NCBI GenBank assembly: GCA_040904565.1
Contig: JBBDTI010000013.1
Span: 32,001-96,000 of the forward strand
From: Rhodothermales bacterium
GTDB taxonomy: Bacteria > Bacteroidota > Rhodothermia > Rhodothermales > VXPQ01
Length of the DNA stretch: 64,000 bases
Direction of reading: 5' to 3'
The first letter of the stretch is position 1, and each line of letters begins with the position of its first letter. A program made the position numbers and the translations under genes. The notes under the pieces were generated by a model. It saw only the letters and a program-made list of their open reading frames with translations. It searched no databases and was not told the DNA's origin. This document shows, one piece after another, positions 18,627 through 27,943 of the stretch.

Positions 18627-19532
18627 ATGCGGATGAATCGCGAGAGCGGGCGGTTAACAGGTTGTCGGCGACTTGTTCTTATTGCCAGCCTGGCCGTCGC
18701 GACGTCGGTGGCAGCACAGGATGCCGATACGACGACCTACCCGCTGTGGGACATCGATCTTACGTCGCAATTGCGCGGATCTCAGGCCGGGTATCAGAAC
18801 TGGACGGAGGGAGGCATCAATTCGCTCGCGGCGGCTACGCAGCTGAATAGTGCGTTCAAGCGAACGTCTGCGAACTGGCTGCAGAATTACGAGACTCGGT
18901 TTGCCATCGGCATCGTAAAGCAGGATACCCTGTCCGTTCGTAAGGCCGAGGATATCATTCGGCTGAAAGGCCAGATTAGCTATTCGGGGGAAAACGGGTT
19001 TCAGGTGTTGAGTCCGACCGTAGCCATCGGCATACGAACCCAGTTCGCACCGGGCTTCAGCTACGACAAGAATCCGTTCGGAGACGATCGTCCACCGCCG
19101 GTCAAGGTTTCGGACTTTTTCTCGCCCGCAACATTTACCCAATCGCTCGGTCTGGGATACAACACGGATGTGGGCTTCACTCAGCGCGTCGGCGTGGCCG
19201 CGAAGGAGACCGTCGTGCTCATAGAGCGGCTCCGGACGCTGTACGGACACGACGCGTCCCAGGCCGTTCGATTCCAGCTTGGGCTGGAATCACAGACGGA
19301 AGTCGACCGGGAAGTCTTTAAAAATGTCCGCGTGAAATCCTCTCTCGGTTTGTTTGCCGCGTTCAATCAGGAGGAGCTACCGGACCTCCTCTGGGAGAAT
19401 CAGGTCATCATGCAGGTAAACAGCTGGTTGAGTGCCAACCTCGAGGTGGTGACCCTCTATGACAGGGACATCAGCGACGCCGTCCAGATCAAGGAAATGT
19501 TCTCGCTGGGTATATCGATCGACTTCATCTGA
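18627..19532 (+). CDS. DUF3078-family outer-membrane beta-barrel protein
   Basis: Signal peptide, 'SQAGYQNW.EGG.NS', 'RK.ED', 'RTQFAPG', 'FFSPA', 'W.N...M.VN.WL', 'YD.D....Q.KE..SLG'. Start is approximate. Confidence 0.8.
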   Translation: MRMNRESGRLTGCRRLVLIASLAVATSVAAQDADTTTYPLWDIDLTSQLRGSQAGYQNWTEGGINSLAAATQLNSAFKRTSANWLQNYETRFAIGIVKQDTLSVRKAEDIIRLKGQISYSGENGFQVLSPTVAIGIRTQFAPGFSYDKNPFGDDRPPPVKVSDFFSPATFTQSLGLGYNTDVGFTQRVGVAAKETVVLIERLRTLYGHDASQAVRFQLGLESQTEVDREVFKNVRVKSSLGLFAAFNQEELPDLLWENQVIMQVNSWLSANLEVVTLYDRDISDAVQIKEMFSLGISIDFI

Positions 19533-19582
19533 TATCACGTGGTGCGGCGGCCGTCCCGCGTGCGTTCCGACGCGTCCTGGCT

Positions 19583-21826
19583 GTGTATGCTGCCACGGCC
19601 GTGGCCATGTGGTCGGCGCCGCTGCTGTCGATCCTTCACGTCGAGTCGTCCGCCATGATGGCGACGGTGTCCTATTTCGCGGCCGGACTCACCTCGCTGT
19701 CGCTATTTCGGTCGGGCGCTCGCCTGCGAAAGGTCATGACGGCTCAAGAGGCGGCACTGTTGCTTCCCTGGATGCTTCTCACGGTCTCCGCGCTGTGGCA
19801 GCCGAACTGCGATTACGTGCGGGGCCTGACGTTCTTTTTAGGCTTCCCTGGCGTAACGGTGGTCTTTGCCGTGTCGCTCGCGTGGTTGCTGCATACGCTG
19901 CCGGTACGACGAAAGCGGACGTGGCTGATCGGGATCGGTGTGACGCTCGCTATCGCGCCGACGCTCTACGACGTCGGCTTTCATCCGCAGTTCTACACGT
20001 ACAATCACGTATTCGGAGGCTTCCTCGGGCCGATCTACGATGAGGACCTGGCCGTGCGACGAGGGCTGTATGCGTTTCGAGTGCTGACGCTGCTCTGGTC
20101 CGCGATGTTTGTCGCGGTTGCGACCTGGCAGGTGCGACCGGCCTCTCGGATCCTTCGCGGTGTGATCGCTGCGATCGGTCTGCTCGTCGCGGCGGGGTAT
20201 GCGTTCGGAGCCACGCTCGGTATCATCACGACGTACGATCGTATCGAGCAGGTGCTCGGTGGCGTCTACCGTACGACCTCATTCGAGATCTATTACGATC
20301 CGGATAGGACGACGGAGGCCGATCTGCGCGACATGATCGACGAACACCTTTTTCGCATGGCGCAGTTCGAGGAGCGCCTCGGCACCTCCGTGCAGGAACC
20401 GCTTCGTACGTACGTGTATCCGAATGCGGATGTGAAGGCACAGCTTACGGGTGCGAGGCACACGAGCGTCGCTCCGGTCTGGTTGTCGGTGCCGCAGGTG
20501 CACGTTCTCGCCTCATCATTCCACGATACGTTTGCCCACGAGCTCGCTCACGTCTTCTCGCGGGAGTTCGGCCTGCCCGTGCTTCGGGCCTCCGTGTCGG
20601 TCGGACTCCTGGAGGGACTGGCGGTGGCGCTCGAACCGCCTGACGGACGACCGGGGCCGCGCGAGCGCGTGTCGGCCGCCCTGTTGAGCCGGTCAGCGTC
20701 CGACCGATCGTCGTCGCTCGCAGGCGGACTGAACGGCGTCGTTGCGTCTCACCTGACGCCGTGGGGGTTCTGGACCGGCCGGGACGCCATATCCTATACG
20801 ACGATGGGATCTTTCGTCCGCTATCTGCTCGATGCCTATGGTCCAGCGCTGTTTAAACGAGCCTATGCGACGGCACGGTTCGAAGCCGTCTATGGCAAAC
20901 CTCCCGAGGTGCTCGTTGCGGAATGGACCGATCACCTCCTCGCTCTCGATGCCGTGAGCCGTTCGACCGGCGAACGGGTTGCGGCACAGTTCGCCGTGCC
21001 GTCCCTCTTCGAGAAGACGTGTCCGCATTACGTACCGCCGCATCGAAGGCTGCTGCTCGAGGCACGCCGCTACCTTGAGGCCGGTGATACGACGAGGGCC
21101 GTCCGTTCGGCAGAACGATCTCTGGCAGAGCGAAGTGACTACGTCGCGGCGCTCGATCTTTGGGCCCGTCTTGCGCTTCGCCGGGGTGATGCTCGCAGCG
21201 TAGCCGCGCGGCTCGGGATCGTTGAGGAGGGCGGTGTTGAAAGCGAGCGTTTCCCGTACTCCCTGTGGGTACGCCGGGGAGATGCGATGGCCTTATTGGG
21301 ACGTACGACGGAGGCTCGAAGGCAGTACGACCGATCCCTTCGCGCCCTCCCTTCGTTCGCACACGAGGCGCGGAGCGTGGCGGGATTAAGGTATGCGCTC
21401 GCGAGCGATCCGTTACGCCTCCGTATGCTGATCGTTGAGGAAGGTCCACATGATCGCCCCGCTTCACCTGACGGCGTCGAGCGCATGGCCGCAGGGATAT
21501 CTCTCGCACGTTCCGGGAATTACGAACAGGCCGTTATGCTGCTGCGTACTACGACGGCAGCGTCGTTGGTTACCGGCCGCGAGGTTATCGATCGCGAATT
21601 GATCCGACGACGATACGTCTGGCTGGGGGAGTTGTCGTACGCGGCTGGAAATTTGCGCGATGCCGCGTTCTATGCGGATAGCGCGCGTGCGGCATATCTG
21701 GACGCCGGTGCGTTCACCGAGGCCGAGCGGCTGTCCGATGTAGGTGAGAAGATGCGGTGGCTGGCTGCTTCCACGGCGGCTCGGACCGCTCGATATACGG
21801 CACACATGCATAGATCTTGGCGATAG
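19583..21826 (+). CDS. Multi-TM membrane protein with gluzincin (HExxH) peptidase-like domain and TPR-like C-terminus
   Basis: About 7 hydrophobic segments, then 'HELAH' plus 'GLLEGLAVAL', then helical repeats. Confidence 0.65.
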   Translation: MYAATAVAMWSAPLLSILHVESSAMMATVSYFAAGLTSLSLFRSGARLRKVMTAQEAALLLPWMLLTVSALWQPNCDYVRGLTFFLGFPGVTVVFAVSLAWLLHTLPVRRKRTWLIGIGVTLAIAPTLYDVGFHPQFYTYNHVFGGFLGPIYDEDLAVRRGLYAFRVLTLLWSAMFVAVATWQVRPASRILRGVIAAIGLLVAAGYAFGATLGIITTYDRIEQVLGGVYRTTSFEIYYDPDRTTEADLRDMIDEHLFRMAQFEERLGTSVQEPLRTYVYPNADVKAQLTGARHTSVAPVWLSVPQVHVLASSFHDTFAHELAHVFSREFGLPVLRASVSVGLLEGLAVALEPPDGRPGPRERVSAALLSRSASDRSSSLAGGLNGVVASHLTPWGFWTGRDAISYTTMGSFVRYLLDAYGPALFKRAYATARFEAVYGKPPEVLVAEWTDHLLALDAVSRSTGERVAAQFAVPSLFEKTCPHYVPPHRRLLLEARRYLEAGDTTRAVRSAERSLAERSDYVAALDLWARLALRRGDARSVAARLGIVEEGGVESERFPYSLWVRRGDAMALLGRTTEARRQYDRSLRALPSFAHEARSVAGLRYALASDPLRLRMLIVEEGPHDRPASPDGVERMAAGISLARSGNYEQAVMLLRTTTAASLVTGREVIDRELIRRRYVWLGELSYAAGNLRDAAFYADSARAAYLDAGAFTEAERLSDVGEKMRWLAASTAARTARYTAHMHRSWR

Positions 21827-21827
21827 T

Positions 21828-23147
21828 ATGACATACAGCCTGCCTGCGTGCGGCGTCGCGGCGATGCTCCTCGTTCTCCTGACCACGAGCGGATGCGTCT
21901 CACAGAAGGAGGGCGGATCGCGTGAACGGAGTGCCGGTCCCCGAGCAGCTGCTTCGTCTCCCCTCTACGTCGAAATGGATCTCGCCGCAGCCGAGGGCAG
22001 CGTCAAATCGATACAGCTCTATCGAGGCTCCGACGAAACGCGTCTACCGGTCGCAGAGCTCGGGTCGTCGAACCGCCTGACGCTCGAGTTCGATCTCATG
22101 ACCGAACGGGGACGGCCGCTTTCCGTCTACTTTTATCATGCGGACCGGACGTGGCGGCGGGACCTGTCCCCGGGTGAATACCTGGCGTCGTTTCAGAGCG
22201 ACGACGTGCTGGATTACGAGATCTCGAGAGGCACCGACGTTCCGTACGTGCACTATGCGTACGACTTTCCGAACTCGGACATTCAGTTCCTTCTCAGCGG
22301 AAACTACGTACTCCGCGTTGCCGAACAGGGGAACGAAGAGGAGGTGCTCTTCGAACGCCCTTTTTTCGTAACGGAGCAGTCCACCGCCCTGGAATTCGGA
22401 ACGGACCGCGTTCTCGTCGGCGACTACGGGTATCCATCCATTCAACCCATTGCCCGATTCCGGCCGCCGTCCGACGGTGCCGGCAACGCCTTCGATTATA
22501 CGGTTTGCTTCGTTCGGAACGGTCGATTCGAGCTGGCCCGGTGTTCGGATCAGCCCTCCCTGGCCAATTCGCCCTTCCTACAGTTCTATCTCGAGCCCGA
22601 GGTCGCCTTCGAACCGGAGGAGCCCCCGTATTTCCTGGATCTTACCGACCTTCGATCGTCCGATCGCATCGTTTCGGCCGACTTTTCGGCGCGTCCGTAC
22701 CGTATCGAACTCGAGCCGGATTACGCTCAATTCTCCGGACGGGCCGGAGCCCCAATGTTGAGAGGCCAGTCACGCATCTCCAGCGTCGTACGATTGGGGA
22801 ATGCCGACACCGAGGCGGAATACGTGCGGGCCCGCCTTGCGTACGTGCCGCCGGACGAGCAGCAGATGGGCGATCAGGTTCTGCTTACCGGCAGCTTCAA
22901 CGGGTGGCGTTACGACCGGGAGCATACGCTAAGATGGGCGGCGGAGCGCGGCCGGTACGAGGGCGAGATTCTCCTGAAGCAAGGCGAGTATGAATACAGA
23001 TACGTCGGCCGCGATCGCAGGCTGTCCCAGGCGGTGCGAAGCAACATGCCGCAGATACGGAATCAGTATACGACGCTGGTGTATTACAGAGATACGAGTC
23101 GAAGCACGGATCGGCTGGTCGCCGTGCGCCAGGCGCTGTCCGAATAG
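21828..23147 (+). CDS. DUF5103 / T9SS plug-like lipoprotein
   Basis: Lipobox TSGC; 'L.LEFD', 'YVHY...FPN....FLLSGNY.L', 'G.FNGW', 'LLKQGEYEY.Y', 'N.Y..LVYYR.....DRL'. Confidence 0.75.
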   Translation: MTYSLPACGVAAMLLVLLTTSGCVSQKEGGSRERSAGPRAAASSPLYVEMDLAAAEGSVKSIQLYRGSDETRLPVAELGSSNRLTLEFDLMTERGRPLSVYFYHADRTWRRDLSPGEYLASFQSDDVLDYEISRGTDVPYVHYAYDFPNSDIQFLLSGNYVLRVAEQGNEEEVLFERPFFVTEQSTALEFGTDRVLVGDYGYPSIQPIARFRPPSDGAGNAFDYTVCFVRNGRFELARCSDQPSLANSPFLQFYLEPEVAFEPEEPPYFLDLTDLRSSDRIVSADFSARPYRIELEPDYAQFSGRAGAPMLRGQSRISSVVRLGNADTEAEYVRARLAYVPPDEQQMGDQVLLTGSFNGWRYDREHTLRWAAERGRYEGEILLKQGEYEYRYVGRDRRLSQAVRSNMPQIRNQYTTLVYYRDTSRSTDRLVAVRQALSE

Positions 23148-23173
23148 TCACACGGTTCAGTTCGATCACGCGC

Positions 23174-24226
23174 ATGTTTAGCCCCTTAATATCGTCGCTC
23201 GCCGCGGAAGAATTTCTCGAACCGGATGCGGCGCGGATGCGGCTGGACGATGCGTGCGAGCGGCATCCCGATGTGGCTCGGTTCGAGGAGATCGGGAGCA
23301 GCGAAACAGGCCGGCCGATCGATGCTGTCGTGCTGGGTCGCGGTCCTTTGCGCGTCAGCCTCATAGCCGGCAATCACGCCGACGAGCCCGTCGGTCCGGA
23401 GTTTCTTCGGCGGTTTGTGCTGTCGATGCTGGATGAGCCGGACGTGTATCGGCCGCTGTTCGAACGGGTGTGCTTCTGCATCGTGCCGCAGACGAATCCG
23501 GACGGCGAGCATGCCAATCGGTTGTGGAGGGAGCGATGGCCGGACGTCGAGGCGTATCTCGAGCACGCCAGGCGCGATCCCCCTGGCCGGGACATGGAGT
23601 TCGGCTTCCCCGATATGAGGCCGGAGAACGAGGTCGTGGTCTCTTTTCTCCGGTCGGAGGGGCCCTTCGATCTACACGCGAGCCTTCACGGCATGGCGGT
23701 GGCCGAAGGTCCGATGCTTTTGATCGAGCGGCGCTGGGGGTATCGAACCGAGCACCTGCAGGCACGCTTCCGATCCGCAGTGCGGAAAGAGGGACTCGCA
23801 TTGCACGATCACAATCGCAAAGGAGAGAAAGGCTTCTTCTATCTCGGACCCGGATTCACGACGACGCCCGAAGGGGAAGCGATGCGCGACTTCTTCGCGG
23901 CGAAGGGAGAGACGAAGACGGCAAAACGGTTCCACGACAGTTCGATGGAATTCGTTCGACGGCTCGGTGGCGATCCACTCTGTTACGTGACCGAATTTCC
24001 GCTCTTTCTCGTCGAGAGAGCGCGTGACGCCCCGCCTGGGGTGCCGGAAGCCTATCTCGAATTCAAGGAACGATTGCCTGCAATGCGGTTGCGACTTTCC
24101 CGCGGTGAGTCCATCCAGAAAGATCTCGACTATTTCGGCGTTCAGCCGCTGTCCCTGCCTGCCGCATTGCGACTTCAACTCGACGCACTGTCCGCAGCGC
24201 TGGAACAGATTTCCGAGGACGTGTGA
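23174..24226 (+). CDS. M14-family zinc carboxypeptidase
   Basis: 'IG.S..GRPI', 'GNHADEP.GP', 'P..NPDG', 'SLHGM'. Confidence 0.82.
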   Translation: MFSPLISSLAAEEFLEPDAARMRLDDACERHPDVARFEEIGSSETGRPIDAVVLGRGPLRVSLIAGNHADEPVGPEFLRRFVLSMLDEPDVYRPLFERVCFCIVPQTNPDGEHANRLWRERWPDVEAYLEHARRDPPGRDMEFGFPDMRPENEVVVSFLRSEGPFDLHASLHGMAVAEGPMLLIERRWGYRTEHLQARFRSAVRKEGLALHDHNRKGEKGFFYLGPGFTTTPEGEAMRDFFAAKGETKTAKRFHDSSMEFVRRLGGDPLCYVTEFPLFLVERARDAPPGVPEAYLEFKERLPAMRLRLSRGESIQKDLDYFGVQPLSLPAALRLQLDALSAALEQISEDV

Positions 24227-24232
24227 TGCGGT

Positions 24233-24790
24233 TCAAACCATCACTTTCCCGAATATCCACTGGACGAGGTACGCGGCCAGGATCATGGCTGCGATATCCG
24301 CCGTGAGTCCGGCAGGCACGGCGTGGCGCGTCTTCTTGATATTTACGGCACCGAAGTAGACGGCGATCACGTAAAACGTGGTTTCCGTAGAGCCGAACAT
24401 CACGCCGGCTATTTTCACGAGCACGGAGTCCTCCCCGTACGTAGCAATCATGTCTGCGACGATGGCTGCCGAGCCTGATCCGGTCAACGGCCTGATGATG
24501 GCCATGGGAAGCACCTCGGGAGGAAATCCGATCGCACCGAGAACCGGATGCAGTATCTCCACCAGGAAATCCATCGCCCCGGAGGCGCGAAACATGCCGA
24601 TGGCGAAGAGGATGGCCACGAGGTAGGGAATAATCATTACGGCCACGCGGAAGCCCTCCTTTGCTCCGTCCACGAACTCTTCGTAAACCGGTACGCCCTT
24701 GATGAGACCGTAGAGGGGCAGGCCTACGATCAACAGCGGCAGCACGAAGATGGCAAAGTAGTCGATAATGATCCGGAACAGATCCATCAC
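24233..24790 (-). CDS. spmB: Spore maturation protein B-like (nucleoside recognition/Gate) membrane protein
   Basis: 'VYEEFVDGAKEGF', 'RPLTGSG', 'GSTETTFYVIAVYFGAV.IKKTRHA'. Confidence 0.9.
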   Translation of the reverse strand: MMDLFRIIIDYFAIFVLPLLIVGLPLYGLIKGVPVYEEFVDGAKEGFRVAVMIIPYLVAILFAIGMFRASGAMDFLVEILHPVLGAIGFPPEVLPMAIIRPLTGSGSAAIVADMIATYGEDSVLVKIAGVMFGSTETTFYVIAVYFGAVNIKKTRHAVPAGLTADIAAMILAAYLVQWIFGKVMV

Positions 24791-25809
24791 GTATCCTCCG
24801 AGGTTGAGTGTGAGGAAGCGGCATCGTCCACCTCTTCCGCGGCGAGGCGCAGCGGATCGGACCGGCGGTAGCCCGGAAGCCGCTGAAGGAATTTCGCCGC
24901 CGTTACGGCGATGATGAGTGAGCTGCCCGTCACGAGAATGATCGGCAGGATGAGCTCGTTGACCTGCAGGCCCATCACGGCGACGAGCAGGGCAGGGGGT
25001 ACGAGCTGGACGCTGGCCGTATTCATCGCGAGGAGCATGACCATCGAGTTCGTGGCCGTATCGGGCGAGGGGTTGAGCTCCTGGAGTTCCTCCATCGCCT
25101 TGATGCCCAGCGGCGTAGCGGCATTACCGAGTCCGAGTACGTTGGCGGACAGGTTGAGGACGATCATCCCGATGGCGGGATGCCCTTTCGGGATTTCGGG
25201 AAAGAAGGGATGGATCAACGGTTCGGCAACCCGAACGATCTGATGGATGAGTCCGCCTGCCTCCGCGATCTTGAGCAGCCCGAGGAACAGGGCCAGGACG
25301 CCGATGAGTCCGAGGGCGATCTCGGCCGCCGTCTCTGCGAAATCGAAGGCCGCCTGCGTGATATCGTGTAGCCGGGGGAAGCGCACCGGACTAAACTGCA
25401 CGGCGGCGACGCTTTCCGACGAGTCCGGTGTCGGCGTCTCCGTGACGAGGGTACCCTGAAGCTCGTCGTCGGCTGAGGACGAAAACCGGCGAATACGTGA
25501 CAGCGGATCGGGCAGCGGGGCGCCGGTCCCGAATCGAAGCTGCGTTCCGCGCTGCGTACGAATCACGGATCCCTGATAGCCGTCCGCCGGCGTTTCGTCC
25601 ACCCCATAAAAGCTGCGATAGCGCTCCGGGTCGATTCGAATTCGAACGGGTACGCTCCGCGCTTCGGGTCGATATCCCTCCGGATATTCGAGTGTGACGG
25701 ACAGCGGATCGTCGTTTCGGAAGCGGTCGTTTGCGGTGTCCCGGATGTCCGACACGAGCGCAAAGGCGAGGCTCGAAATGATCAATCCCGCCCAGATGTA
25801 ATTCAGCAT
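24787..25809 (-). CDS. spmA: Spore maturation protein A-like membrane protein with extracytoplasmic insertion
   Basis: 'MLNYIW', 'FPEIPKGHPA', 'ANVLGLGNAATPLGIKAMEELQELNP', 'NTASVQL.P'. Confidence 0.88.
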   Translation of the reverse strand: MLNYIWAGLIISSLAFALVSDIRDTANDRFRNDDPLSVTLEYPEGYRPEARSVPVRIRIDPERYRSFYGVDETPADGYQGSVIRTQRGTQLRFGTGAPLPDPLSRIRRFSSSADDELQGTLVTETPTPDSSESVAAVQFSPVRFPRLHDITQAAFDFAETAAEIALGLIGVLALFLGLLKIAEAGGLIHQIVRVAEPLIHPFFPEIPKGHPAIGMIVLNLSANVLGLGNAATPLGIKAMEELQELNPSPDTATNSMVMLLAMNTASVQLVPPALLVAVMGLQVNELILPIILVTGSSLIIAVTAAKFLQRLPGYRRSDPLRLAAEEVDDAASSHSTSEDT

Positions 25810-25939
25810 GCGACCTCAGGGCGTGGAAGTACAACGAGTGTCGGACAGAACATAACGAGCGGCTCCGCAACATGCATCCTGCAAATGGACGAGACGCGTC
25901 GACGCGCGGGAAATGTCGTTAAGATGAAGCTGCGCTCCG

Positions 25940-27820
25940 TCAGGATGCGGTGTCGGATACCGTGTCGGATGCGGGGGCTCCGTTGCTGCGCTCAAAATGG
26001 TCGGCGATGCGTTGTGCGAGCGCGGGTCCGACGACCTCGCGCACGGCATCCGGATCCGCTTCCTTGACGCGCTTGACGGAACCGAACTCCCTGATCAATT
26101 TCTGCGCCGTTTTCTCGCCTATGCCGCGAATCGAACGCAGCTCGGTGTTTAGCGTGCTCTTTGAGCGCTGCTTGCGCTGCAGGGAGACGGCAAAACGGTG
26201 GGCCTCATTCCGGGTCCGCTGCAGTAGCTGCAGCGACGTACTCGTCTTCGCGATGAGCAGCGGGTCTGAGTCGCCGGGGAAGAAGACTTCCTCGAGGCGT
26301 TTAGCCAGTCCGACGACGGGAAAGCGTCCATAGGCTCCGATCTCGCGAAGCGCCGAAGCGGCGGCTGAAAGCTGTCCCTTTCCACCGTCGATGACGACGA
26401 GATCGGGCCACGGTCCATCGTCTTTCAGCAGCTTGCGGTAGCGACGAGACACTACCTCGTGCATCGCAAGGTAGTCGTCGGGGCGGCCGTGCTCCGTCGA
26501 GTGAATCTTGTAGTGGCGGTACTCGCTTTTTCGTGGACGACCGTCCACGAACACGACGCATGACGCGACCGTGCCGGTTCCCGACAGATGCGATACGTCG
26601 AAGCATTCGATGCGTCGGGGCGGCTCGTCCATGTGAAGGTCGTCTCGGAGCGAACGCACGGCGTGTGGAATGCGGTCTTCGCCGCGCTTCATTTTCTGAA
26701 TCTTCCATTCATCCAGGAGCATGCGCGCGTTGGTGCCTACCATGCGCATCAGGCCGGCTTTGGGGCCGCGCTGGGGTACGCGCAGGGGCACCTTCTTTCC
26801 CCGTTCTCGGGCGAGCAGCTCCTCCAGAGGGCCCGGCTCCTCAACCTCCCATCCTAGGAGCACTTCGTCGGGGAAGAACGTGGTATCGGTGTAATAGTCC
26901 TCCACGAGCCGCTGCATGAGCAGGGTGTCGTCAAGGTCTTCGACGGGACGAATATATTTGTGCTGACGTCCGATAACCTTGCCTTCGCGGACCTTGAAGA
27001 TGACGCCGCAGGCTACGTTCTCGTCCCGGTCGACGTCGATGGCAAACAGATCGCGGTCCGATTCGTCCGTGCTGACCACCTTCTGGCGCCGGGAGTACTT
27101 CTCGAGTGCGAGAATGCGGTCGCGCAGGTCCGCCGCCTCCTCGAACCGCGTGGCGTTCGAGAGCCGCTCCATCTCGTCGCGCAGTAAATCGATCAGCTCC
27201 TTCGTGTGGCCGTTCAGCAGCTTCTTCACCTGCTCGATCATACGGTCGTAGTCCGCCTCGGACTGCTTTCCCTCGCAGGGAGCGGCGCATTTCTTGATAT
27301 GATATTCTAGGCAGACGTCATATTTGCCCGCTTCGATAGCGTCTTGTGAGAGGTTCAGCTTACACGTCCGAAGCTTGAAGATCGACCGGATGGTCCGAAG
27401 CATCAGCTTCATGTTCTTGACGTCGGTATATGGACCGAAATAGGTCGATCCGTCCTTTTTTACGTTGCGCGTGGGGAAGACCCTGGGGAAGCGCTCGTTT
27501 TTGATGCAGATAAACGGATACGTCTTGTCGTCCCGGAGGTTGACGTTGTACCGTGGTTTGAGCTGCTTTATGAGATTGTTTTCGAGGATTAGCGCTTCGG
27601 CCTCGGTATCGGTAACGATCACCTCGACGTCGGCAATCTTCCGGGTCATGACCTGCAGGCGTCCGTCGCGCGGGCGGCTCTTCTGGAAGTAGGACCGGAC
27701 GCGGCTGCGCAGATTCTTGGCCTTGCCGACGTACAGGACGGCACCCTCGGCGTCCTTGTGCTGGTAGACGCCGGGTCGTTTCGGGAGCCCCTTTAGTTTG
27801 TGTTCGAGCGTCTCATTCAT
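25940..27820 (-). CDS. uvrC: Excinuclease ABC subunit C
   Basis: GIY-YIG 'PGVY...YVGKAKNLR.RV.SYF', 'EALILENNLIK..PRYN..LRDDKTYP', 'RIECFD.SH', 'IDGGKGQL', HhH domain. Confidence 0.98.
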   Translation of the reverse strand: MNETLEHKLKGLPKRPGVYQHKDAEGAVLYVGKAKNLRSRVRSYFQKSRPRDGRLQVMTRKIADVEVIVTDTEAEALILENNLIKQLKPRYNVNLRDDKTYPFICIKNERFPRVFPTRNVKKDGSTYFGPYTDVKNMKLMLRTIRSIFKLRTCKLNLSQDAIEAGKYDVCLEYHIKKCAAPCEGKQSEADYDRMIEQVKKLLNGHTKELIDLLRDEMERLSNATRFEEAADLRDRILALEKYSRRQKVVSTDESDRDLFAIDVDRDENVACGVIFKVREGKVIGRQHKYIRPVEDLDDTLLMQRLVEDYYTDTTFFPDEVLLGWEVEEPGPLEELLARERGKKVPLRVPQRGPKAGLMRMVGTNARMLLDEWKIQKMKRGEDRIPHAVRSLRDDLHMDEPPRRIECFDVSHLSGTGTVASCVVFVDGRPRKSEYRHYKIHSTEHGRPDDYLAMHEVVSRRYRKLLKDDGPWPDLVVIDGGKGQLSAAASALREIGAYGRFPVVGLAKRLEEVFFPGDSDPLLIAKTSTSLQLLQRTRNEAHRFAVSLQRKQRSKSTLNTELRSIRGIGEKTAQKLIREFGSVKRVKEADPDAVREVVGPALAQRIADHFERSNGAPASDTVSDTAS

Positions 27821-27943
27821 GGCACGACCTGAACGAGGGCGTGACGCCAAATGTTCATCCGCGAAAGCGGTGGCGCGGCCCCGATATCGCCGCGGCGTGG
27901 AGGAGGCCGCGAGGCGAACGGCTCGTCGCGGCGATATCGGGTG

